Source: Centroscyllium fabricii (Eukaryota). Taken from it: a DNA stretch of 64,000 bases. The stretch is taken from contig JBNRSN020000028.1 in the NCBI GenBank assembly GCA_051313645.2, positions 67,518,001-67,582,000 on the forward strand, given 5' to 3'. The number at the start of each line of letters is the position of its first letter. Positions within the stretch are counted from its first letter, which is position 1. This document shows, in pieces, positions 23,201-34,211 of this stretch. The notes below the pieces were generated by a model. The model was not told the origin of the DNA. It worked only from the letters and a program-made list of their open reading frames with translations, and made no database searches. The translations under genes were made by a program, and so were the position numbers.

Positions 23201-24819
23201 CGCCATTGATGAGTCTCTCCCCTTCCAGGTCGAAAGCGATGCCTCCAAATTCGCCCTGGCTGCCATCCTTAACCAGGCAGGCAGGCCCGTCGCTTTCTTC
23301 TCCCGTACCCTGCAGGGCCCTGAAGTCCCCCACTCTTCAGTGGAAAAGATGGCCCAAGCAATCGTGGAAGTAGTGCGCTACTGGCGCCACTATTTGGCCA
23401 GTAAACGATTTACCCTTCTTACTGACCAGCGGTCAGTAGCGTTTATGTTCCACCATAAACAGAGGGGTAAAATCAAGAATGACAAGATCCTCAGGTGGCG
23501 GATCGAACTCTCCGCTTTTGAGTATGACATTCTGTACCGGCCAGGGAAGCTTAACGATCCCCAGGATGCCCTGTCCCGAGGAACGTGTGCCAGCACCCAG
23601 TCGGGTAGTCTGAACACCCTCCACGCTAACCTCTGCCACCCGGGGGTCACCAGGCTCGCTCATTTCGTCAAATCACGCAATCTCCCTTATTCCATTGCAG
23701 AGATCAAGGCGATGACGCAGGAGTGCCCTGTCTGTGCTGAGTGCAAGCCCCAGTTTTACAGCCCTGACAGGGCGCACCTCATCAAGGCCACCCGCCCATT
23801 CGAGCGCCTGAGTGTGGACTTCAAAGGTCCCCTCCCCACTACCAACTGTAACTCGTACATCCTCACTGTGGTCGACGAGTTCTCCCGTTCGCCTTTTGCA
23901 TTCCCTTGCCCAGATATGACGAGTGCTACAGTGATAAAGCATCTTATCATGCTATTCGCCATTTTCGGCCTTCCCGGCTTCATACACAGCGACTGGGGGT
24001 CCTCATTTATGAGTGACGAACTGCGTCATTTTCTGCTCACGAGGGGGGTTGCCTCGAGCAGAACGACCAGTTACAACCCCCGGGGGAACGGTCAGGTAGA
24101 ACATTATAATGGGACCATCTTGAAGGCCATCACCCTGGCCCTTCGATCAAAAGGCCTTCCAACCTCCTATTGGCAGGGGGTCCTCCAGGATGCGCTCCAC
24201 GCTACCCGCTCCCTCTTGTGCACAGCCACCGGTTGCACACCTCACGAGAAACTCTTCTCTTTCCCCAGGAAATCGACTTCGGGGACGTCCCTGCCGACGT
24301 GGCTGACCAACCCAGGGCTGGTTTTGCTTAGAAGACATGTCCGTGGCCACAAGACGGACCCTCTTGTCGAACATGTGCGCCTTCTGCATGCCAACCCTCA
24401 GTATGCCTACGTGGTGTACCCAGACGGGCGTGAGGATACCGTCTCGATTAGAGATCTTGCGCCCGCTGGTGATGTTCACACTGAGTCGTTGGTGGAGCCC
24501 TTGCCCTCCCAGGTCACATTTTCAACAGGGGCCGTCTTTTCATTCACCTGCGTACACCACATCGGGGACTTCTTCACTTCCGATGCACGACGGAGCTCAT
24601 CGCTTTGCTCAGCCTGCTCTTCCGGGGACTGCTACACCTCCACCAGCTCTTCTCGTGCCTGAGGTACCTCTTCCATCGGTGGAGTCTCTGTTCACGTCGG
24701 GAGCCCTGTCAGCGTCTTCTCCGATTACGGCTACTCCCACTTCTTCGCCAGAACCGACACTGGCTCGCCGATCTGTTCGGACTATTAAACCTCCACAGAG
24801 ACTTATAACACAGTGCTGA
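20279..24819 (+). pseudogene. pol: Element A gag C-part + pol (two zinc knuckles, repetitive linker, PR, RT, RH, IN), several frameshifts and a solo-LTR insertion
   Basis: CFFCGQKCHPRSSC, CSRCGKK, LFDTGS, IDLKSAY, VPFGVTN, ESDAS, TDQRSV, HPG...CPVC, VDFKGPLP, HSDWG, GNGQVE. Confidence 0.92.
22698..23045 (-). mobile_element. Solo LTR (348 bp) inserted into the RT region of element A
   Basis: TG...CA ends, TSD AGATG (22693-22697 / 23046-23050), host codons LRRCLG restored on removal, AATAAAAGCC on the minus strand. Confidence 0.9.
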
Positions 24820-24839
24820 TATTCGCCCCGCGGGACTTG

Positions 24840-25092
24840 TGACATATCGTCAATTCTCTTAATAAAAGACTTCGACGAGTAGTGACCTTAAACTACAGGC
24901 TTTTATTAACTAACTTTGGAGCTACACTCCGCACGAACATCCAGAACAGAATGAGGGAGCCTGGTCAGTCCTCACCTATAAAGGGCCTCACCTGGGGGAG
25001 GAGTTAGAGGTGTGGCTGACCTGGCTCCACGACAGTGTTGTGAAACAGTGTGACAATATTACAGTGGTAAGCTATACAATACGGTTACCACA
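24840..25092 (-). mobile_element. Solo LTR (253 bp) inserted just upstream of the element A PPT
   Basis: TG...CA ends, TSD ACTTG (24835-24839 / 25093-25097). Homologous to 31459-31758. Confidence 0.9.
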
Positions 25093-25116
25093 ACTTGTTT
25101 TTAAGGAAGGGGTGAA

Positions 25117-25392
25117 TTTGATGAACCTTTTGGTGTGATTCACATTGTATGGTTATTGTATATAGTTCTGTTTAATGTGTTTGTATATATCTTGTTATAT
25201 ATCTGTTAATGTCTTTACCTTTCTGTAAGGACCTGTACTGGCTGACCCCGCCTCTGGGTGCTAATATAAAGGAGAACGCTCCGCCCACTTATCTCTCATT
25301 CCAGGAAGACTCATCGGGGACATGGTTCAGTTCCTTGTTAATAAAAGCCTCCTTATTAAGAACTCGCTGCCATCATAATTTGAGGTATCTCA
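25117..25392 (+). repeat. 3' LTR of element A
   Basis: Direct repeat of 14248-14523 (the first TG is mutated to TT). Confidence 0.95.
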
Positions 25393-25661
25393 CTCCCACA
25401 ATCCAAAGATGTGCGGGTTAGGTTGATTGGCCCTTATAAATTGACCCTTAGTGTTAGGGGGATTGAATATGTGGGGTTACGGGGATAGGGTGGGATATGT
25501 GTCGGTGCAGGCTCGATAGGGATCGAGGGATATGGGGACAAGGTAGGGACAGGGTACTGGGTTTGGAAGATCAGCCATGATCTCATTGAATGGCGGAGCA
25601 GGCTCGAAAGGGCCGAATGGCCTACTCCTGCTCCTATATTCTATGTTTCTATGTTTCTATG
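25393..25661 (+). mobile_element. 3' half of the HE1-like SINE (long CR1-derived tail)
   Basis: Continues ctcccaca.tccaaagatgtgcggg... and ends in (TTTCTATG)n. Confidence 0.9.
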
Positions 25662-25816
25662 TAACATCAGTGGTAGTGTAAACATACCTTGAGAAAGAAT
25701 CAGAGAATTAACCCTGCCCTGATTTCCTTATGCACAAAACTCTACAGATTTTTAAATTGCCAATTAATAGGAAATCAAACTATTGCACACCTGTACATAT
25801 CCACATCTACATCAAT

Positions 25817-27371
25817 AACCCAGAATTTCCTGGAATGACGCAATCTGTGATGAATGCTGTAAATTATGCTGTTTTGGGCCCTGATCTTCCCGTTGTGAAC
25901 TTATTCCAAAGTTTCCTGGAATAGTAATTTCAATACACCACAGCAAACATAATGGTGACCCCAGCTGCATCAATTAAGCAGATTTCAAATCCTTTCACTA
26001 TGCTGAACATGGCACTTGCAGAAAACATCTTGAGTTATAGACACGCTCAGCTGCTGTATTCAATTTTCAGGAATATTCTGAGTTACAGATTTTTTTTAAC
26101 CATTTTTTAGAAGATGGCGTTAATAACTTAAGCTACCTAAAAAGTCTCAAATTAAACAAGCAGAGAGGGAGTGGAAATTGTATCTCGCTTTGTCCATTTG
26201 AAGGAAAACAAGGGCAGAATAGTCTAATTTTGGAGGCCCTGTGCCCCAATGTCAAATGCCATATTGGCTCGGGAGGTTTTCAGTCATCCCTGGTGGCCGC
26301 CTTAAACAGGTGTTATGCTAATGAGCGACCTAATGCTTCTTTCAGGACCCATCTCTCAAATTGGTCAGAAACTAAGAAAAGCATGCATTGGGCAATTTTT
26401 CCAGTTCCTTCTGTGGCATAACCAGCAGTCCATAAAGGACTGTTGGCGGCCGCCAACATAAAGGGAAGATTTTTCTTTGTAACTGACCTTAATGTGGAGT
26501 CAGGAGGAGCAGGAGTGCTAGTCTGCTCCAAACCATGACTGAAGATTTGGCCGGCTCGATTCCCCTCCCAGGATCTACCTGAAGCCCTCGACTGGTGTCA
26601 CAGTCAGCCCAAATTAGTCCAGAGGAAATCAGCGAGCTATCAGAAGTGCCTGCAGCGCATGGCGTGCTGCGAGTGCTTCAGCCATTGCAGGCCTGAAAAT
26701 AAGCCTAAACTAATTTCTGCACCACTTTCACTTACATCACTGGCATGTGCAAGTACTTCATTGCCCTACTCCATGCACACAATATACAATAAACCGAACA
26801 AACAATGAAGAACTATTTTGAGAGGTTTAGTTAAGAATTAAAAATATCGGGAACAAAGGTTTTATTTTAATTTTATCAATTATTTTCAACTCATGAATTT
26901 AAATATATTTACCTGCACCATTATTTTTCTATCTAAGTGGCTGCAGTGAAAAAACTGGCGTAAATCCAGGGAATATGCAATCGCCATTGACTTAATTGCA
27001 GTGGTGGAAGAGCTAAGATAATTAATTTTGCATGGCTTCAAGGAGGTTGTTGATGGAGCGGTGTAAATGTCTCATAAATTATGGGGGGAGCAAAAATAAT
27101 GGTGTAAGTCACTTAAATTTCTGGAACTTTATTGGTGTAAATAAATAGTATAGATGTATTTAAGGGGAGGCTAGATAAGTATATGAGGAAGAAGGGAATA
27201 GAGGGTTATGCTGATAGAGTTAGATGGGGAAAGACAGGAGGAGGCTCGAGTGGAGCATAAATGCCAAATGGCCCATTTCTGTGTTATATATTCTATCTAA
27301 TTATATGTAAATGAACCCAACGCTGTAGATACGCCATTTAAATGGCACAAGGTTCCAGGAAATTCTGGGCC
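25817..27371. mobile_element. Old TIR-bounded non-autonomous DNA element, with a nested TIR remnant (about 26211-26723) and a CR1 3' fragment (about 27145-27310)
   Basis: cccagaatttcctggaa and ttccaggaaattctggg form an inverted pair, with AAT on both flanks. Confidence 0.5.
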
Positions 27372-28272
27372 AATATCTGTATCTGATAAAGACAGGATTG
27401 GACATGGCCATTAGGATTTTTTTGGCCACGTTTTCTGGGAGTCACTGCATTTTGAAAGTGAACCATTTTCAGGTGTTCCCATGCAACAGGGGTAACCTGA
27501 ACTCTCAGGTGGTCCACCGGCAGAATGTGCAGGCCGACTGTCCGGTGGTGCAGCGGGAGGCACGGTATATTTTAAAGAGCCAGGCTTCATTTTAATGGAA
27601 CTGAAGGGATTTGGGAACGAGGACAGTGGGAGGAGCCCAGGGCAGCAGAGACCCAAACTATTTTCATGAGGTATGGCTGAGCGTTCACCGGGAGCTTCGG
27701 TTGGAGAATCAAGGGTACAAGCCCTTTGAGAGTGGCTTTCCTGTTGGGAGTGTAGGATCATGATTTATTCTTATATATCACGACTACATCAGTGTGAAAA
27801 GCAGTGTCTAATTTTCACTTGTAAAATATAAAACTGAGAATTTTAAAATTAAAAAAAGCTTATGACTGTTAATTGTTAAATGTTTGCCAATTTTCCTGTT
27901 TCAACTTGTAATCTATTTGTTCGTAATAGAAATAACTTCCTTTGTGCATGATTTATTGTGATTCTGGCTTATTTCTGCCTTCACTGCCTCAGGTCTCCCA
28001 TGACTCCTGACTGAATTACAATATAGCTGTCAGATTTATATTACCATTTAAAATTTTGGAACACATTTCTTTGACATCTGCTTTTATTGTATGTGTGAGA
28101 ATGCTCTAAGATTGGGCACTGTGAGTTCACATGTCTTTATCTAACGTTAGCTGTCTACAGTTACTGGATTTGAATTGAGGTTCATTTTTTTAATGAAGTT
28201 ATCAGTGTGATAGTTCTTGGGGCACCTTTGTTCTGAATTATTACATCCTCTTAGGGACAAAAGAAAAAAAAG

Positions 28273-28380
28273 TAAGACTTGCATTTATATAGTGCTTTTC
28301 ACGACCTCAGGATGTCCCAAAGTGCTTTACAGCCAATGAAGTACAGTACTTTTAAAGCATAGTCATTGTTGTAATGCAGG
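28273..28380 (-). mobile_element. L2-type 3' tail / SINE fragment
   Basis: The reverse complement of gacttgcatttatatagtgcttttcacgacctcaggatgtcccaaagtgctttaca resembles the L2 tail at 58840-58905. Confidence 0.55.
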
Positions 28381-28879
28381 ATAATAGACATCCTATGGTC
28401 CTACACATAATATTCCAGATGGAACAAGTGCCTTATGCATGACAATGGAACTTCCATCATCTTCATTTTTTATTATTCATCAAACTTTTTGTAGGACACA
28501 GCCTTGTGCGAGACATCAGGGGAAGAGGGGGTGACTTTCAGTTTTTCCCCAACTCGCACTTAGGATTTCATGAGTCTTTGTGCCAGCTGCTGTTATTTTT
28601 TTTTATTTTTTTTCCTGATCTCTCTTTATTGGCACCAGAAGGTTTGCCACCAGGAATCCTTTGAGAGATTAGCGTACAAAGTTAAAGCACATGGGATTGG
28701 GGGTAAGGTACTGACTTGCATAGAGAACTGGCTAGCAGACAGGAAGCAAAGAGTTGGAATAAACGGGTCTTTTTCCAAGTGGCAGGCAGTGACTAGTGGG
28801 GTACTGCAGGGATCGGTGCTAGGACCCCAGCTATTCACAATGTATATTAATGATCTAGATGAGGGAACTAGATGTAATA

Positions 28880-29284
28880 TAGAAACAGAGAAACATAGAA
28901 GATAGGAGTAGGAGTAGGCCATTCGGCCCTTCGAGCCTCCTCCGCCATTCAATGAGATCATAGCTGATCATCCAAACCCAGTACCCTGTCCCTGCCTTGT
29001 CCCCATATCCCTCGATACCTATCGAGCCTGCACTGACACATATCCCACCCCATCCCCGTAACCCCACATATTTAATCCCCCTAACACTAAAGGTCAATTT
29101 ATCATGGCCAATCAACCTAACCCGCACATCTTTGGACTGTGGGAGGAAACCGGAGCACCCGGAGGAAACCCACGCAGACACGGGGAGAATGTGCAAACTC
29201 TACACAGATAGTACCCGAGGCTGGATTTGAACATGGGTCTCTAGTGCTGTAAGGCAACAGTGCTAACCACTATGCCACCATGCC
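28880..29284 (-). mobile_element. HE1-like SINE, long-tail type
   Basis: Reverse complement of the 57171-57580 SINE. Confidence 0.9.
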
Positions 29285-29570
29285 TCCAAGTTTGCAGACA
29301 ACACAAAGCTGGGTGGACATGTGTGCTGTGAGAAGGATGCAGAGAAACTCCAGTATGATTTGGACAGGCTGGGTGATTGGGCAGTTGCATGGCAGATGAA
29401 GTATAATGTGGATAAATGCGAGGTTATCCACTTTGGTGGCGAAAACAGGAAGACAGATTATTATCTGAACGACAATAGATTGGGAGAAGGGGAAGTGCAA
29501 CGAGACCTGGGTGTCCTTGTGCACCAGTCACTGAAGGTAACCATCCAGGTACAGCAGGCGGTTAAGAAAG

Positions 29571-30450
29571 TGGAAAGTACTGTAGTACAAAGGGATCTAG
29601 GGGTCCTGGTGTACAATACTCAAAAGGTTAGTATGCAGGTGCAGCAAGTGATTAAGAAGGCCCATGGAATGTTTGCTTTCATTGCTAGGGGGATAGAATA
29701 TAAAAATAGGGAGGTATTGCTTCAGTTGTACAAGGTATTGGTGAGACCGCACCTGGAATACTGCGTACAGTTTCGGTGTCCATACTTAAGGACATACTCG
29801 CTCTCGAGTCAGTACAAAGAAGGTTCACTCGGTTAATCCCAGGGATGAGGGGTTGGACATATGAGGAGAGGTTGAGTAGATTGGGACTCTACTCATTGGA
29901 GTACAGAAGAATGAGGGGCGATCTTATTGAAACATATAAGATTGTGAAGGGGTTGGATCGGGTGGATGCGGGGAGGATGTTCCCAATGATGGGTGAAACT
30001 AGAACTAGGGGGCATAATCTTAGAATAAGGGGCTGCTCTTTCAAAACTGAGATGAGGAGAAACTACTTCACTCAGAGGGTAGTAGGTCAATGGAACATGC
30101 AGCCCAATAAAGCTGTAGAAGCTACATCATTACATAAATTTAAAACAGAAATAGACAGCTTCCTAGAAGTAAAAGGGATTAAGGGTTACGGGGAGCGGGC
30201 AGGAATTTGGACATGAGTCTAGGTTCAGATCGGTCATGGCCCTGTGGGTAGTGGAGTGGGCCCAGGGACCATGTAGCCTGATCCTGCTCCTATTTTGTGT
30301 GTCTAATTCTGTTAGATTCAGGAGATGGTTCTGTGATAGTAGATTGGTGGTTAGGATCAGATCAGCCATGATCTTATTGAATGGTGGAGCAGGCTCGAGG
30401 GGCCGATTGGCCTACTCCTGCTCCTATTTCTTATGTTCTTATGTTCTTAT
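29571..30450 (+). mobile_element. 5'-truncated CR1 LINE of a second family
   Basis: Repeats the RDLGV...LEYCVQF...GIKGYGERAGIWT segment; tail (TTCTTATG)n. Confidence 0.85.
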
Positions 30451-31458
30451 GTTAGAAGGCAAATGGTGTGTTGGCCTGCAGAGAGAGAGGATTTGAATAC
30501 ATGAGCAAGGATGTCTTGCTGCAGTTGTACAGTGCCTTGGTGAGACCACACCTTGAGTATTGTGTGCAGTTTTGGTCACCTTATTTGAGGAAGGATGTTC
30601 TTGCCATGGAAGGAGTGCAGCGAAGATTCACCAGACTGATACCTGGGATGGCAGAAATGATGTATGAGGAGAGATTGGGTCGATTGGGCTTATATTCGCT
30701 GGAGTTCAGAAGAATGAGAGGGGATCTCATTGAAACTTATAAAATTCTAAAAGGACTAGACAGACTAGATGCAGGAAGGATGTTCCCGATGACCAGGGAG
30801 TCCAGAACCAGGGGTCACAGTCTAAGGATAAGGAGTAAACCATTTAGGACAGAGATGAGGAGGAATTTCTTCACCCAGAGAGTGGTGAACCTGTGGAATT
30901 CTCTACCACACACGGCAGCGAAGGCCAATTCATTAAATATATTCAAGAAGGAGTTAGATATATTTCTTAAGGCTAAAGGGATCAAGGGATATGGGAAGGA
31001 GGCTGGGACAGGGTACTGAATTTGGATGATCAGCCATGGCGGAGCAGGCTCGAGGGGCTGAATGGCCTACCCCTGCTCCTATCTTCTATGTTTCTATGAT
31101 GTGTTCAGAGGACCACCAGAAGGATGCCAGGCAGGTCATGCTGGCCTGAGGGGTGCCCTGGGCCCTCCTGCCCACAACTACACTGACACATCTGCAGAGA
31201 GAGGTAGCAAATCTCACTTTGGCAGTCCTTCCCGGTGGAGGCTCTTCATCCCAATGACGGCTGCATCAGCAAACCTTGTGGTGGCATCTCACTGAGATGT
31301 GAATGCCGGTCTAACCTTTAAGCTTCCCAATCACAACATGACATGCCTTAAATGGTAATGCATGGAAGAAAACACTGAATGATTAGTAACCAGCATTGCC
31401 TGCTTATCTGCACCGCCAAAATGGCAGCGGCTATTTCTGCGGGTCCTGGTAAACCCAC

Positions 31459-31758
31459 TGACGTATCGTCAATAATCTAATAAAACTAAAGACGAGTAGT
31501 TACCTTAACTCAAGGCTTTGATTAGCTTACAATGGAGCTACGCTCTGATCGAACATCAGGTACAGAATGAATGGGGGCCGGTCAGTCCCCACCTATAAGG
31601 CACTCACCTGAGGGGAGGAGTTAGAGGTGTGGCTGACCTGGCCCCACGACAGTGTCGCAATACAGGACAGTTGCATCATGCACCCGACCGCTATACATAC
31701 AGATAATATTGGATACAATATTATGGTGGTAATTACAGTACATACAACGGTTACCACA
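31459..31758 (-). mobile_element. Solo LTR (300 bp), same family as 24840-25092
   Basis: TGACGTATCG...GGTTACCACA, TSD CCCAC (31454-31458 / 31759-31763). Confidence 0.9.
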
Positions 31759-32671
31759 CCCACCTCGGCTTGACCGAGGGTCTGGCTCAGCAGAAGGGAA
31801 GATTCCAAGTACTGCCATCTGCTGCAAGAGCATTAACGTCTACTCTGCAGCACAGAACTTGCTTATGCGCAAGGACACTAATACACTAATGCTCAGCTGT
31901 GGACTGAAACATGGCTACAACTTCCTGCAGTCATGCTGAAGTATGTCAGTGGTATTGTACTATAGAGTGATACAGAGGAAAACTTCTGGATCCCTGCAAG
32001 TATTTGATGCAGCACTACCTCGACATCAGCAGTCATCAAAGAGGAGTCCAAGCGCTGGGCTGCACCGTCATTCATCTGCAGACTCATGTCAACGTCTATG
32101 GACCACTTTCCCTTCATCCTTGCCTGCCGCTTCTCAATCCTGTACTGCTTCAGCCTTGGAAAAGGTTGCTGATGGGTTCAGATGCCTTTTAATGCTGCTC
32201 AGAAGCTTTCTAATTTTTTGTCCCCCTCTTTGTGACACTCCCCTTAAATTATCGCCATACCTTTAAAGTTGACTTGTAGACAATTTTCCTCTACTAGCAG
32301 TGATATCATCCCGAGACACATCTGAATTTGCACCTGGGGTTGTGAATAATGATATAAATGCAAGAGAAAATTCAGTGCTATTGTAGCATAGCCACTAGGG
32401 GGAGACACTCTGGTCCCCCGAGGACGTTATAATCCCCATTACAGAGTTGGTCCCGCCCCTGTTTCCCCATTGGGTGGTTGGATCAACAGTTCCGGTTCCT
32501 GATTGGTCCTGCGGGCTGTCAGTCAATAGCCCCATGATGCTTTGTGGTTTTGCGCCTTTTGTGAGTTAGTCGTGTTTGGATTCAAACCAATAAAGACCTG
32601 TTAAAGCTTGCTCCGTGATCTTTCGACATTTCATTGATTTTAAAGAGTGGGGAACAGCCGTTCCCTACAAT

Positions 32672-32683
32672 TGGTGACCCCGA
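32672..32683 (+). promoter_or_regulatory. Primer-binding site complementary to the tRNA-Trp 3' end
   Basis: TGGTGACCCCGA 2 nt after the 5' LTR; this PBS is typical of the CsRn1 clade. Confidence 0.85.
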
Positions 32684-33826
32684 ATGTCAGTTACAGAAGG
32701 TGCTGACCAGAATGCGAGCCCTGAGGCCGGGCAACGCGAAAAGCTGTCGATCGTCAGCCTCCCCGCCTTTTGGGAGCACCAAGCAGCCGCTTGGTTTCTG
32801 CAAGCAGAGGCCCAGTTCCAGCTCAAATGCCTCGCCAACGATGCTACCATCTCGTCGTTTCGGCTCTGCCCAGCCACGTTGCCGCGGATATCGTGGACCT
32901 GCGACGGGACCCGCCACATGTTAACAGGTACACTGCTGTTAAGGAGTGACTGCTTCAGGCACACGACCTACCGGAGGACGTAAGGGCCGGGCAACTCCTT
33001 GAACTCTCGGGCCTAGGCGACTCCACGCCTACGCGCCTGATGAATCGCATGCTAGCCCTCCTCGGGGACCACAAAGACTGCCCATTATTTCGGGCGCTAC
33101 TCATCAGCCTGCTCCCGCAGCCGGCGCAATCGGCATTAGCAAATGTTAAAGGCAGGACCTACGCCGAGTTGGCCATCGCAGCGGACCGCATTTGCCTTTG
33201 CTCACCCGCTAACTGTGCAACCACAAGGCTCTCCGCCCCTACGCAGCAGGCAACATCTCAACCCCAGCCGGGACTCTGTTATTACCACACACGTTTCGGA
33301 CTGAAAGCTCATTGCTGCCGACCGCCTTGTTCATTCGATGACAAAGAGGTTGTGCCCAAACCCCATGCTTCGAACCTGCGCCGCCGCCAGGGCCCAGCTG
33401 TTGCTGATGCCATTGGCACAGCGGGAAAGCTGCTGTACGTCACAGACTCACTCTCCGGGCGAAGGTTCCTCTGCGACACCGGGGCTCAATGCAGCATTCT
33501 ACCAGCTACGCAGCTAGATCGACAGGCAGGCCGCAGTGGCCCACCCCTCGTGGCGGCCAATGGCGCAGCCATAGCCACTTTTGGAAAACGGCGGACTGAG
33601 ATTCGCCTGGGAAGCCAATGGTTTGCCTGGGATTTTGTTATGGCCATGGTGCAATATCCATTGCTTGGCGCGGATTTCCTATGTGCCCATGGCCTGCTCG
33701 TGGACGTCCGGGGCAGACGCTTCATGGATGCGTCTACCTTTGCCTCTCTGCCCTGCCTGAGGAACGACAGCCAACCCCTCGTGGGCTTCTGCTCTTCTCC
33801 TCTCCGCGACAAATATGCGTGCTTAC
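32684..33826 (+). pseudogene. gag: CsRn1-type gag + protease (degraded)
   Basis: SLPAFWEHQAAAWF, CHCC motif, RFLCDTGAQCSILP, LLGADFL. Confidence 0.88.
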
Positions 33827-34211
33827 TGTGACCCGAAATAACGGCCTCGGAAGCGAGTAGTTAGTAGAAGAAACAATAGGCTTTTATTAACTACACTGGA
33901 ACATGCACCAGTTAGTCGACTGTCCCCAGGTGTGGCTGGGGGGATGGGAGCAGTCATTTATATACCTCCTCCAGGGAGGGAGGAGTTATGGGCGGAGCCA
34001 ACCTGGGCATGTCCCAGTCATCATATAATAGTACAGGTATTTACATGGTTACATCGTAATACATGATAGCTACTATATACAGTGATAAATGGTTTATCAC
34101 ATTCACCCCTTCTTTAAAATGAAAGTCCGGCGGGGTGAACGACCAGTGAGTGAAAAAGGAAAAAATGTGATTAATTTTTTTTTTTTTAATAAACAATAAA
34201 AGTTCTTTCAT

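Larger units (their letters stand above)
14248..25392 (+). mobile_element. Ty3/Gypsy LTR retrotransposon 'A' (no tRNA PBS), containing an RTEX-like LINE and two solo LTRs
   Basis: 276-bp LTRs at 14248-14523 and 25117-25392 (about 11 differences), TSD CTTCC/CTCCC, PPT AAGGAAGGGGTGAA, gag-PR-RT-RH-IN closely homologous to element B. Confidence 0.95.
28666..31098 (+). mobile_element. 5'-truncated CR1 LINE split by a SINE (28880-29284) and by a second CR1 (29571-30450)
   Basis: RT pieces KVKAHGIGG...SGVLQGSVLGP, then LDRLGDWA...RDLGV, then FEYMSKD...GIKGYGKEAGTGY are collinear once the inserts are removed. Tail (TTCTATG)n. Confidence 0.9.

Noticed and set aside
31100-32340. Possible decayed Harbinger/Myb element around the solo LTR
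   Set aside because: Only weak peptide resemblance and one TIR-like end; too degraded to delimit.
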